Source of the DNA: Eledone cirrhosa
Lineage: Eukaryota
DNA length: 64,000 bases
Direction of reading: 5' to 3'
Assembly (NCBI GenBank): GCA_964016885.1
Contig: OZ024742.1
Span: 5,084,001-5,148,000, forward strand
The notes beneath the pieces are model-generated. The model worked only from the letters and a program-made list of their open reading frames with translations, made no database searches and was not told where the DNA came from. Of this stretch, positions 1 to 12,867 are shown in pieces. The number at the start of each line of letters is the position of its first letter. Position 1 is the first letter of the stretch. Made by a program: the position numbers and the translations under genes.

Positions 1-506
1 CTTTTGGTAGACACTGTAAACTCTTGCAAGAGTATCGTCCTCACGCAATGTGGCTGAACTTCAACTGATACTTTGTTCTTTACAATATTCTGCCTTTATG
101 ACTTTTAAGAGGATTTTAGACTCTTTTGCAATGCAAAAGTTAATTCCTGAAAGAATTAGATGTATATTGAAACAAAAGAGACCATTCTTGAAATGTTTGG
201 CAACTTAAAGACATTTCTGTGTTTCTTGTTCTAAACAAAATTTGCTAAAACCTTCATGGAAACGTTGTTAGTCATGGTAGTGGTAAGACGTCAACAGTGT
301 CACCGTTACCGCCAACACCACGACTCACTTAGAGTTACTTCCCTTAGCAGATGATGTGCATAAATATAGATAGATAAATGAATATAGATAGATATATAGA
401 GGCATAAAGTGAGTTATATATAAATATGCATATAAATGTGTGTGTGTGTATGAGTATGTATATATGTATAGATAGATAGAGAGATAGATGGATAGATAGA
501 TAGATA

Positions 507-1292
507 TGTTTCTTTATTAGCCACAGGGGCACAAAAGAAGGGGACAAATACAAAGGGGGAAGTTTACATACAATAAAAACGTGTAAAATGTTATCACAAA
601 TGCAATTTAAAAAATTAGTCGATTTTCCCCAATAGGGGGAGACAGTTCATATGGGTAACACATACCCCCGAAAAAATGTGCAACCCTCATCTCCAGGAGT
701 ACGAAGAGTTTGTACTCCTTTCTTCTCCTCCTCCTTTTCCTCAACCTACAGGCTGATATAGAGAGAAGGCCCAACCACTCGGGCCATTCTCGCCACTTTC
801 ACCCACCTTTCATAAAACTTGCTGGGGTACAGCACCTCTCTCTCCATCCTGATTCTTCTTCCAAAGTGGTATTTGAAAAAAAGAATCAGTTGTTGGCCGG
901 AGAGAAAGGTGTCTGACCTCAGCCCTTTCAACCTTGTCCACCATACAACCTCTTTAGCCATAGCTATCACACAAAGGAAAACCGCCTCTCCTTCGTTTTT
1001 GAAGGAGGGTGGCGGTTTGATCATGACAATGGACTCGGTGGTCAACCGGATTGGTCCCACCCGCGACAATAGTCGTTTTACATAGCCCCACAGGTCGGTA
1101 ACGCCCGAGCAGTGTACAAATGCGTGCGCGACGGTTTTTTCGTCTCGCACGCACCTCGGACAGATCTTTTTTGCAGGGTCCCTGCCCGGGCACCCATGTC
1201 TGTAGAGCTTGTCTCGAACTGGTAGAGCTCCTCGGTAGCACTGCCAGGCTAGGGACTTTTGGAAGTTGTCCATTGGTCCCGGGCGGAAGGTC
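507..1292 (-). mobile_element. 5'-truncated Tx1-clade LINE copy 1 (ORF2 C-terminus + 3' UTR)
   Basis: Encodes CPRC..DEKTVAHAFVHC zinc finger and the ...GPSLYISL C-terminus; the 3' end reads GTGGCTAATAAAGAAAC directly before (ATCT)n; the 5' end abuts (GATA)n at 1293-1361. Confidence 0.9.
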
Positions 1293-1361
<69 letters not shown>

Positions 1362-1362
1362 T

Positions 1363-2243
1363 CTTTCTTTATTTGCCACAGGGGCGTACAAAAATGGGAC
1401 ATTACAAGACGTGACGGTAGGGGTTTTACATAAAATATTTAACAATGATAAATAACAATAAACTATATAAAAATAAAACAATTGAAATCCACATTAGGGG
1501 GAGGGGGTAACGCTACTGCAGGGTGTTGTTTTACACCCCGTGGATAGAACAACCCTCAACACCAGGAACACGTTTTGTAGGTGTCCCCGTCTTCCCTCTG
1601 TTTATCTTCCTCAACCTACAGGTTTATATACAGAGAAGGCCCATTCACCCGGGCCATTTTCGCCACATTCACCCACCTTTCAGCGAATTTACTGGGGTGT
1701 AGCACCTCTCTCTCCACTCTGACCTTCCTTCTGAAGTACCACTTTCGCCATAGCCACCAGACAGAGGAAGACCACTTCTCCATTCTTAAATGAAGGCGGC
1801 GGGGTGATCCTCACGATGGACTCGGCTGACAACGGGATGCGTCCTACTCGTCACAGTAGCTGTTCGACATAATTACACATGTCGATCACCCCTGGGCACT
1901 GAACAATTGCGTGCAGAACGGTTTCGATGTCCTGCTCGCATCTTAGACAGGTCCTTTTGGCAGGATCTCTGCCAGGGCGTCCGTGCCTGTAGATTTTGTC
2001 TCGAACTGGTAGAGCTCCTCGGTAGCACTGCCAGGCCAGAGACCTCTGGAATTTATCCATAGGACTTGGACGGAAAGTCCGCCCGAACAGACTGGTCAGT
2101 TCGTCTTAGTCGATGCCTAGAGTTTCCCCGAGAACGTCGTCGCACTTATCCTCCACTAATCCCCGAGGAATGTCGAAGTGGAGTCTCCGCTGATTGCCGT
2201 TTCCGCTTGGTAGAGGGCTGTGGCGCCTGAAGGCACTCGAGGT
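1363..2243 (-). mobile_element. 5'-truncated Tx1-clade LINE copy 2 (diverged, internal deletion near 1745)
   Basis: MDKFQRSLAWQCYRGALPVR motif shared with the other copies; AATAAA 3' end; GATA tracts on both sides. Confidence 0.85.
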
Positions 2244-2266
2244 TAAATAGATAGATAGGTAGATAT

Positions 2267-2352
<86 letters not shown>

Positions 2353-5300
2353 TTCTTTATTTACCACAAGGGCGCACAAGAAAAAGGTACAATACAAAGA
2401 CACATGCCGGGGATTTTACATACAGTCGTGTAAAAAAAAAATATATATATATATAAAACAAACAATTATAACAATCGAAATCCCCAATAGGGGGGAGACG
2501 CCATAAATGGGTTGTTTAATACCCCGTCGATAGAACAACCCTCAGCTTCAGGAGCGTGTTGTGCAAGTGCTCCCTTCTTCCTTTTGCTCTCTTCTTTAAC
2601 CTACAGGCTTATAAACAGAGAAGGCCCAATCACTCGGGTCAGTTTCGCTTCATTCACCCACCTTTCAGTAAATTTACTGGGGTGCAGTGCCTCTCTCTCC
2701 ACTCTGATTCTTCTTCTAAAGTGATACTTAAAAAAGGGAATCAATTGTTGTCCGGAGAGAAAGGCATCTGTCCTCAGTCCTCTCAATCTCGTCCACCATA
2801 TAACCTCTTTCACCATAGCCACTGTACAGAGGAAAACTGCCTCTCTTTCGTTTTTGAAAGAGACTGGCGGTTTGATCCTCACTATGGACTCGGCAGTCAA
2901 CTGGATTTGTCCCATACGCGACAGCAGTTGTTCTGCATAGTTCCACAGGTCGCTTACGCCCGAGCAGTATACAATTGCGTGCAAGACGGTTTCAATGTCC
3001 TGCTCGCATCTTGGAAGGATTCCTGCCGGGACGACCGTGCCTGTAAATCTTATTTCGAACGGGTAGAGCTCCTCGGTAGCACTTCCAGGCCAGGGACCTC
3101 TGGAAATTGTCGATAGGTCCCGGGCGGAAAGTCTTACCGAACAGACTGGTGAGTTCGTCGTCTTCGACGCCTAGAGTCTCCCCGAGCACGTCGTCGCCCT
3201 TGTAAAGTACTAACCCTCTATAGAATGTCGAAGTGGAGTCTCCACTGATTGATGTGCCCGCTTGACAGAGGACTGTGAATGCCTGGGCGCATTCAATGTG
3301 CCAGGCGCCCATCTTCTTCGGTCTTCGCTTGACCCAGGACTGCAGCTCCGTCAGCGAGACAAGTTGTGGCAAGGCCTGTCTTACAAACGGTGTCCACACC
3401 GGTTGGTCGGTGAGGAATACCTGAAGATGCCGTGGCCTCAGCGCATGTTTGCGCATCATCAGCCACGGCATGCCCAGACCTCCGTTGGAAGCGTGTTGAC
3501 AGCAGACGGATCTCCTAATCAGTGGAGCCTGCTTCTTCCACAGGAACTGGAAGAGCATACGTTCCATCTCGGTGAGGTATTCACGGGGACAAGGCACGAC
3601 AGTCAAGCGGTAGTAGATGACGGACGCTATGAAAGTGTTCGCCACCTCCGCTCGACCTTTCAAAGACAGTTTGCACTCTGCCCACTTCTGGGTGAGCGCA
3701 AATACCTTGGCCATGACCTCGTTCCAGTTTTTCTCCACCTAGTGGTTTGGACCGAAGATACCGAGCAATTTCACCGGTCCTTCCGTCCAGCGTCCGACGA
3801 CGCTGTCGGACGGCATCGGTTTGCCTCTCCACGTTCCGAGTTGCAAACCGACAGACTTGTCCGGGTTCAGTTTTGCTCCTGTGAACCTTTCGTATTCCTG
3901 TAGTAGGTTGCCGATTACCTCGATTTCCGAGGTTCTCGACACCATTACCGTCAGGTCGTCGGCATATGCCGACGCCGCTTTTCGCAGTCCCGGTTCTAAA
4001 GGGATGCCTTGCAAAAGCTCCAACTTCCGCAGTAGTGGCTCTAGAGTCAATACGTACAGAATGGAGGAGAGAGGGCCTCCCTGTCGAATGGAACGTGTGA
4101 TTACGAACGGCTCCGATAGGTAGCCGTTCACCTTGACCTTCGAGCAGATGCTGGTGTGCATCGCCTTGATCCAGCCTCTGAAAACGGGACCGAAACCGGC
4201 CGCCTCGAGAACCGCTTCCAAGTATCGATGGTCGACCCTATCGAATGCCTTAGACTGATCTAAATTGACCAGAGCCCCACCGAAGCCGGGTTTACACCCC
4301 ACCTTCTCTATGTATCGCATGAGGTGGATGTTGTCGTGTAGGGACCTGATCGGGATTGCACACGTTTGCGCTTTCCCTACCAGGTTTTCGACGACAAGCG
4401 CCAGCCTCGTTGCTAGCACCTTGGCCAAAATCTTTAACTCTGTGTTGAGCAGAGTTATGGGCCTGAAATTGTTTATTTCGTTCCCCTTGTTCTCGTCTTT
4501 CCTGATCAGCGTTACTACGTCCTTGCCTGCAGAACTGGGAAATGTCCCGTTATGCTGACAATTGCTGTAGACGGCTTCGAAGACGCCAGAGAACAAGTCC
4601 GGCATGCCTATGTAAAACTCAGAGGGTAGACCATCTAGACCGGGTGATTTGCGTTTCCCGCAGCGGCCCAGAGCATCCCGTATCTCAGTGGCTGTGATCG
4701 GTCTTTCGCAAAAATCGGCGTCCATGCTCGAGAGACGCGGCAGGCCGTCGAGGTATGAACCAAAGTCCATTACCCCGTTTGGTGCACCGTCGTTCTGCTC
4801 AAACAGTCGCGCAAAGTGCCGCTGAAAGGCCGCGCAGATCTGCCTGGGGTCAAGTAGCACGCGTCCGTTTTGGTCTTTCAAAGACCGAATCGTGGACTTG
4901 TTGCCACTTTTCGCTCCGCCACTCGGGCCCAGCTAACAGCTTTTGCTCCCTCGTTTCCTAGAGCGCGTGATTTACTTCTGACCACGCAGCCTTCGTGTTT
5001 CGCGTCGAAGAATTGGTCCAGTGCCGTTCTCGATGCTAGCACTCTAGCTGCGTTGCCACTCCTAAGCGCCTCTCCTACTTTGGCTACTAGTTCTGTTTCT
5101 GATTTGTTTTCTCTAAAGCTAATTCTCTGCTAAACTCTATCGATTCTACTCTAATTGCTCTCTTGAGAGAGTACCACCATCTATTGTTGACGATGGCTCA
5201 GGTCAACTCTTGCTTAACTAATCTACTTATCCGTTCACTGTAGGCTTTTCGTGCCGGCAACGACACGTTCAGCTTCCAGTATCCGGGTCCTTGTCTATGT

Positions 5301-5855
5301 ATTCTATCACGGTTGACTATGCAGACGACTAGTTTGTGATCTGAATAGACAACAATGTGCATTTGTGGACAGCTTAACATCTTCTTGTCCTTTTCTCTAA
5401 TGAAAAACCTATCTAGATACGATCTAGATGTCCCGCTGCGGTTTTCCCACGTCCACTGTAGTGCAGTTGGGAAATCTAGTCGATATCTATCGGCCAGTTG
5501 GAATTGGCCGATTAGATTTTTGAGGCTGTTGCACCCCGCTCTACTGGGACATGTTCCCTCATAGTCCCATCGTGCATCTAGGATAACATTCCAGTCCCAC
5601 ACTAAAAGTAAGGAGCGAAATGTTCCCAGAAAAGACTCTAGACGCTTAAAGAAGTCTGGCCGTGATTGCGATTGCCTGGTCGGGGAATAAACGGCCACCA
5701 GTCTGAAAGCTCCACCTCCAATACTGTTCACGTCTAGGACTACCATTCTACCCTCCGGGTCCAAGTGTACTTGCTGTACTTCGAGATCCAGGTTTTTCCG
5801 AAACATGACAGTCACTCTCTCTCCACCTCCCGACTGACAGAGAGATGCGTAGATC
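2353..5855 (-). mobile_element. Tx1-clade LINE copy 3, truncated within the APE endonuclease, disrupted ORF2
   Basis: ORF fragments 5198-5855 (APE: SRSYLDRF, SDHKLV), 3739-4881 (RT: KSPGLDGLP, NFRPITLLN, DQSKAFDRVDH, YADD), 2992-3738 and 2601-2984; stops and frameshifts lie between them. Confidence 0.92.
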
Positions 5856-5920
<65 letters not shown>

Positions 5921-5921
<1 letters not shown>

Positions 5922-6882
5922 TTCTTTATTAGCCACAAGGGCACAAAAGAAGGGGACAAGTACAAATGGGAAGTTTACATACAGGTATATGAAAATAAAA
6001 CTATTAATAAAATAACAAATAACAATTGATATCCCCAATAGGGGGGAGGCATTACACAGGGGTTGTACACACCCCGAAAAAATGTACAACCCTCATCTCC
6101 AGGAGCACCAAGAGTGAGTACTCCATTCCTCTTTTTCCTCAACCTATAGGCTTGTATAGAGAGAAGGCCCAACCACTCGAGCCATCTTTGCCACATTCAC
6201 CCAGCTTTTATAAAATTTGCTGAGATACAGCACCTCTCTCTCCATCCTGATTCTTCTTCCAAAATATTTGAAAAAACGAATCAGTTGCTCGCCGGAGAGA
6301 AAGGTGTCTGACCTCAGCACTTTTAACCTCGTCCACCATACAACCTCTTTCACCATAGCCATAACATATAGGAAAACCGTCTCTCCCTCGTTTTTGAAGG
6401 TGGGTGGCGGTTTGATCATGACAATGGACTCGGTGGTCAACTGGATTGGTCCCACCCGCGACAATAGTCGTTCTACATAGCCCCACAGGTCGGTAACGCC
6501 CGGGAAGTGTACATATGCGTGCGCGACGGTTTCCTCGTCGCGCCCTCATCTCGGACACATCTTTTTCGAAGGGTCCCTACCCGGGCGCCCGTGTCTGTAG
6601 AGATTGTCTCGAACTGGTAGAGCTCCTCGGTAGCACTGCCAGGCCAGGGACTTTTGGAAGTTCTCCATTGGTCCCGGGAAGAAGGTCCTACCGAACAGAC
6701 TGGCTAGTTCGTCCTCCTCTACGCCCAGAGTTTCTCAGAGCGTGTCGTCGCACTTGCTGCGGACCAACCCTCTATAGAATGTCGAAGTGGAGTCTCCACT
6801 GATCGCCGGGTCCGTTTGCCAGAGGCCTGTGAGCGCCTGAGCACATTCGATGTGCCAGTCGCCCATTTTCCTCTTCTTCTTC
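5921..6882 (-). mobile_element. 5'-truncated Tx1-clade LINE copy 4
   Basis: Homologous ORF2 C-terminus and 3' UTR; GATA tracts at 5856-5920 and 6883-6917. Confidence 0.9.
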
Positions 6883-6917
6883 TAGATAGATAGTTAGATA
6901 GATAGATAGATAGATAA

Positions 6918-7037
6918 CTTTCTTTTATTTGCCACCAGGGCATCAAAAGTGGGACAAGTACAAAGGGGGGAGTTTACATTCAAAGGCGTCCTCAATATGG
7001 AGGAGGCAATAACAAGATAATAACAAGATAATAACAA
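6918..7037 (-). mobile_element. Very short 3'-end fragment of the Tx1 element (same 3' end as the full-length copy)
   Basis: Nearly duplicates 7054-7150 (tttatttgccaccagggcatcaaaagtgggacaagtac); bounded by GATA tracts. Confidence 0.8.
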
Positions 7038-7317
7038 GATAGATAGATAGATATGTTTCTTTTATTTGCCACCAGGGCATCAAAAGTGGGACAAGTACAA
7101 CGGGGGGAGTTTACATAAAAAGGCGTCCTCAATAAGGAGGAGGCAATAACAATATATAAAAATAAAATAAAATATAACAAAAAATAAAATTTATAACAAA
7201 GTCCTCAATAGAGAGGAGGCGCCTTGGGGGGTCGCACATACCCCCGAAAAAAGTGTGCAACCCTTCTCCTCAGGAGCACAGAGAAGGGGTGCTCCCTTGG
7301 TCTTTCATCTTCCTCAC

Positions 7318-10300
7318 CTATAGTCTGATGTAGAGTGAAGGCCCATTCACACGGGCCATTCTCGCCACTTTCACCCATCTTTCATAGAAACGGCTGGGGT
7401 GCAGCACCTCTCTCTCCATCCTGATCCTTCTTCCGAAATGATATCGGAAGAAATGGACCAGTTGTTGGCCAGAGAGAAAGGTGCCTGACCTCAGTCCTTT
7501 CAGACGCGTCCACCATACAACCTCTTTCGCCATGGCTATTACGCACAGAAACACCGCCTCTGCTTCATCTTTGAAGGGGGGAGGCGGCTTGATCATTACA
7601 ATAGACTCGGTGGTCAACCGGATCGGTCCCACCCTTGACAGCAGTTGTTCGACATAGCCCCACAGATCGGCTACGCCCGAGCAGTGTACCAATGCGTGTG
7701 CAACGGTTTCCTCGTCGCACACGCATCTGGGACAGATCTTTTTGGCGGGGTCCCTACCCGGGCGCCCGTGTCTGTAGAGCCTTTCTCGAACGGGTAAAGC
7801 TCCTCGGTAGCACTGCCAGGCCAGGGACTTCTGGAAGTTGTCCATAGGTCCCGGGCTGAATGTCCTACCGAACAGGCTGGCCAGTTCGTCCTCCTCCATG
7901 TCTAGGGCTTCTCCGAGGGCGTCGTCGCAACTGCTGCGTACCAGCCCTCTATAGAATGTTGCGGTGGAGTCTCCACTGATAACAGGATCCGCCTGCCAGA
8001 GGGCGGTGAGTGCCTGGGCACACTCAGTGTGCCAGGCGCCCAGTTTTCTCGGTCTTTGCTTGACCCAGGATTGCAGCTCGGTGAGTGAGACGAGTCTGGG
8101 AAAGGTTCGTCTCACAAACGAGGCCCACACCGGTTGTCCGGTGAGGAATACGTAGAGGTGCCGTAGCCTTAATGCGTGTTTACGCATCATTAGCCACGGC
8201 ATCCCCAGCCCTCCTTTCGAAGGGTGTTGACAGCAGATGGATCTCCTCACCATAGGAGCCCGCCTCTTCCAAAGGAATTAGAAGAGCGCGCGCTCCATCT
8301 TAGTGAGGGTTTCCCTTGGGCAGGGCACTACGGTCAGGCGGTAGTAGATGACGGACGCTATGTAGGTGTTCGCCACCTCCGCCCGACCTTTCAGGGATAG
8401 TTTGCAACTGGCCCACTTCTGGGTCAGTGCAAACACCCTGTTCGTAACCTCCGCCCAGTTTTTCTCCACCTGGAGGTCCGGTCCGAACCAGACCCCGAGC
8501 AACTTCACCGGGCCCTCCGTCCAGCGTCCGACGACGCCATCGGAGGGCATCGGTCTGCCCCTCCACGTGCCGAGTTGCAAACCGATCGACTTGTCCCGGT
8601 TCAGCTTAGCCCCTGTGAACTTTTCGTACTCCTCCAGTAAGGTGCCGACCGCCTCGATTTCGGAGGCCGTCGACACCATTACTGTCACGTCATCGGCGTA
8701 GGCCGACACCGCTTTCCGCAATCCCGGTTCCAAAGGGATGCCCTGCAACAACTCCAACTTCCGCAGTAGTGGCTCGAGAGTCAACACATACAGAAGGGAG
8801 GAGAGAGGGCACCCTTGTCGGATGGACCGCGCGATTTTGAACGGCTCCGAGAGGTAGCCGTTCACCTTGACCCTAGAGCAGATGCGGCTGCTGTGCATAG
8901 CAGTGATCCAGCCCCTGAAAACGGGTCCGAAGCCTGCCGCCGCTAGCACCGCATCCAGGTAACCATGGTCGACCCTATCGAACGCCTTAGATTGATCCAA
9001 GTTGATCAGAGCCCCACCAAAGCCGGGTTCGTTCCCAACCCTCTCTATGATGTATCGCATGAGGTGGAGGTTGTCATGGATGGACCTGGACGGGATAGCG
9101 CATGTCTGCGCATCTCCCACCAGGTTGCCCACGACAAGCGCCAACCTCTTTGCTAGCACCTTGGCCAAAATCTGTAACTCTGTATTTAGCAGAGTTATGG
9201 GCCTGAAGTTACTTATTTCGTCCCCCTTGTTCTCCTCCTTCCTCACTAGCGTGACTACGCCCTTGGTCACAGTACAGGGAATTCTCCCGTTGTGTTGCCA
9301 GTTGCAGTAGACCGCCTCGAGGAGATCGGGGAACAAGTCCGGCATAGCTAGATATAATTCGTAAGGAAGACCATCGAGACCCGGGGATTTGCGTTTGCCG
9401 CATTGGCTCAGCACGTCCTCTATCTCAGCGGCCGAAATCGGCTCCTCGCAGGACTTCGCCTCCCTGTCCGAGAGGCGCGGCAGGCCGTCGAGGTATGGAC
9501 CGAAGTCCACGTTCCCAACCGGCTCCCGGCCCCTCCCGAACAGTCGGGCAAAGTGCCTTTGAAAGGCCTCACACATCTGCTTAGGCTCAAGAATCGCCCG
9601 TCCATCCAGGTCTCGCAAAGACCGGATGGTGGATTTAGTTCCACTGTTGGCCTCTGTCACGCGGGCCCAGCTAACAGCTTTGGTCCCCTCGTTCCCTAGA
9701 GCACGTATTTTACTTCGGACAACGCAGCCTTCGTGCTTCGTGTCGAAAAACTGGCTCAAAGCCGTTCTCGACGCTAGCACTCTGGCCACGTCGCCGCTTC
9801 TAATTGCCTCTTCTACTCTATCTATTAGCTCCCTTTCCTTCCTATTCCTATCCGCAGCTAGAACCTTACTAAATTCTATCGAGACTACTCTAATCTCTCT
9901 CTTTAGAGATACCCACCACCTGCTGTTGACGATCGCTCCAGTCAACCGTTCCTTAACTAACGTACTAATCCGATTCCTGTAGGCTCTACTTGCCGGCAAG
10001 GACAAGTTGAGCTTCCAGTAACCGGGGCCCAGTCTATGAGTTCTGTCAAGGTTGACCATGCAGGTCACTAATTTGTGGTCTGAATAGCCAACCATGCGCA
10101 TTTTTGGACAACTTAAAAAGTCCTTATCCTTAATTCTAACTAAGAACCTATCTAGGTACGACCTAGATGATCCGCTACGATTTGCCCAAGTCCAGGTTGG
10201 CGCAGTCGGAAAATCTAGTCGATATCTATCGGCCAGGTCAAATCGACCGATTAACCCTTTGAGGCTATTACACCCCTCTCTATCGGGGCAGGCCCCTACA

Positions 10301-10755
10301 TAGTCCCAGCGTGCATCTAGGATACCATTCCAGTCCCCCACTAATAGCAAGGAGCGGGACGTCCCTAGAAAAGTCTCCAGACGATGGAAGAAGTCCGGCC
10401 GCATTGACCCGAAAGGGCCGTAGGCGGCTACCAACCTAAACGCTCCGCCTTTACCACTGCCAAGGTCCAGAACCACTAGTCGACCCTCCAGGTCCAAATG
10501 TACCATCTGTGTTGCGAGACCCAGATGTTTTTGCAGCAGAACGACAACTCCACCCCCACCTCCGGGCTGACAGAGAGATGTGTGCATCTCAAAGTCATCA
10601 AAGGTGGGGGCCAGCTGTCGCACGTTGCTGATCCGGGCCTCGCAAATAACCATCACATCTATACGTTGTGACCTGAGGTCATTTAGAAGCATTGCTTGCT
10701 TCCAAGTTGAGCCCAGGCCACGCGCATTTAAACAGCCTACTCTTAGCATAGCCAT
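7318..10755 (-). pseudogene. Tx1 ORF2 (APE endonuclease + reverse transcriptase + C-terminal zinc finger), ~1145 codons with one in-frame TAA
   Basis: LNARGL, GDWN, YLDRF, SDHK (APE); NFRPITLLNTE, DQSKAFDRVDH, RQGCPLS, YADD (RT); CPRC-X-H-X-C. ORFs 8278-10779 and 7318-8253 are in the same frame, split by TAA at 8278-8280 where copy 3 has Gln (LFQFLWK). Confidence 0.93.
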
Positions 10756-10779
10756 GTTGGTGGTGAAGAGAAAAGGCAC

Positions 10780-12567
10780 TTACCTCTCTGCGTCCCGGGT
10801 ATCGGGCTGCACAATTTCCATTAGGGTGGGGGATGGGTTGTTGGGTGGGGTGGTGGTTTGTGGAAGTGTGGGGGCATCAGTGTGTTGTGTGGGTGTTTGG
10901 GGAGGGGGTGGGATAGTTTTTTAGGAGGACGCGGTTAATGGGCCCGAAGCAGGGGGGACCCACGTCCTCTTTAAAATTGTTTTTTTAAAGTTTTATAGGT
11001 GTCCTGTGGGGCCTTAATCATTTTGATGTGGGGGAAATCCCCTGCCTGGGTGAAGTTAGGCCCTTGTGTTTTTATTAGATTGTTGTTGTACACAATGTTT
11101 AACAGTTTTTTGTTTCTTGTATTTATGTATGTGTATGCATGTTTTTGTTTTTGTGTGGTGTTTTTTGTTTGCTGTTGTTGTGAGCTCTTTTGTGTTGGTG
11201 TCAGTGTTATGTTTTGGGGAGGGTTTTTTTTCATTTGTGTGCCTGAGGTGTGTTTTCTTTTTTTTCTTTTTATTGTGTGGAAGTGCTCCTCCTCGTCTGA
11301 CGACGAACTAGGGTCATCTTCCGCGTTGGAGGGGAGGGGTATATTTTCGGGTTGTGTTTGCGGTACGGGTGTTTTGGAAATTGTTTTTGTTTTTTGAGTG
11401 GAGGGGATGGGTTGGACATTGTTTTGTTTTGGTTAGAGCTGTGGTGGTTGTTTTTGTAGTGGTAGTTGTGGTGATTGTGTTGGTTGTGCAGTTGTTGGTG
11501 GTGTAGGCAGGATTGGGGTTTTCTTATTAAGTTGGGGACAGACAGCCCTCAGGTGACCTCTGGTTCCGCAGAGGTAACACGAGGGCCGTCTACCCTCAAC
11601 GGTAATGTTGATGAAGGTTAGATCATCCAGTATGACGCGTTCAGGGATCTGGGCGATCCTTTCGGGCCTCATTTGAACTACAAGTTCGAGGCTCGTTCCA
11701 CTGAACGCGTCACCCGATGCCTTTCCCATGGACACCAGCATGTCATCCTCCAGGTCCAGAAAACCTGTCAAAACCCACCATATGTCCATAATCGGCAGGA
11801 TGGTGTGGATTTTTATTTTTTGTGTTCTTCTACCCATGTACGTAGGGTAGAAGGTGTATGCGGTGGATGTGATTGGTTTGATGGACAGTTTCACTGCTGT
11901 GTCCCTGTCCTTCATGAGAATGGATAGACTCCCGTAGAGTCTATCCTTCTGAATGAAGGTGATGTCCTTCATGACGTCTTTTAAAACCAGCTCTATCTCG
12001 CTCTGTGATGGTTGAGCTGGTTTTTTACTTTTGTTCGAGATTGTCCTAAACATGACCTTGTTTAGGAGTCTCTGGCTTTTTAGTTCCGTGGGGGGAATGG
12101 ATTGTGAATGAACCATTTTCCCCGTACACTATATATGTTTTCGCATCCGCCAGTAGCTCCTTCGCTTTTGTTATATCTACTGGCAGATAGTCGAGGGTTT
12201 TCCTTGTCGTCTCGGCGAAGGAGAAATTTTGTTTGTTTGTGTTGTTGTTGTCGTTGGTGGTGTTGTTGTTGTTATTGTTGTTATTGTTGTTGTTGTCACC
12301 GTTATTGGTCTTGTTGTTGTTGTTATTGTTATTGTTATTGGTGTTGTTTTCGTCCGTCGCATTGTTGTTGCTGTTGCTGTTGCTGTTGCTGCTGGTTCTT
12401 TGGGTTGTTGCCATGGCAACGCCAAGTTGTCGGTTAACAGGTGGAGAGAATTCTTCCTCTGGCTGACCTTTCTTCTTGACCTCTGCTACTGTGACAGTGG
12501 CAGGGGGAAGCTGTAAGTTCATCTTCCCCTTTCCTCCTTCGAATTTTGGTGAAGAAGCTTCGGCCAT
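10780..12567 (-). pseudogene. Tx1 ORF1 (nucleic-acid-binding, CCHC zinc knuckle), disrupted
   Basis: Starts MAEASSPK, then a poly-Asn tract; frameshift near 12120; CYLCGTRGHLRAVC knuckle; TAA at 11433 followed by an in-frame continuation (10971-11234); Pro/Thr-rich tail ends just before ORF2. Confidence 0.8.
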
Positions 12568-12785
12568 TTAAAAAAATATTGACTTTTCAACAAGAAAAAA
12601 CTTTTTTTTTTGTTTAACTATTTCGCCTAAAGGCGTAGAATATTTTGAGAGACTGACCAGATCAAAGTTTGACCTGGCAGTCCCTCTACAAAATGGTACA
12701 AAAATTAAAGTTATCAGACAAGAATTTCTATAGAAATTTAAACAGAACTTACTCAGCAAGTTATACGCGTGTGTCCATCCCAGAT

Positions 12786-12866
<81 letters not shown>

Positions 12867-12867
<1 letters not shown>

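Larger units (their letters stand above)
7054..12781 (-). mobile_element. Full-length (~5.7 kb) Tx1-clade non-LTR retrotransposon: 5' UTR, ORF1, ORF2, 3' UTR
   Basis: ORF1 with CCHC knuckle, ORF2 with APE-RT-CCHC, AATAAA 3' end; GATA tracts at 7038-7053 and 12782-12866. Confidence 0.93.

Noticed and set aside
61-146. Possible minus-strand terminal exon (ttctttcag|..INFCIAKESKILLKVIKAEYCKEQSIS*)
   Set aside because: Only an acceptor-like site and 27 codons; no recognisable homology, and the phase does not match the 42929-43020 candidate exon
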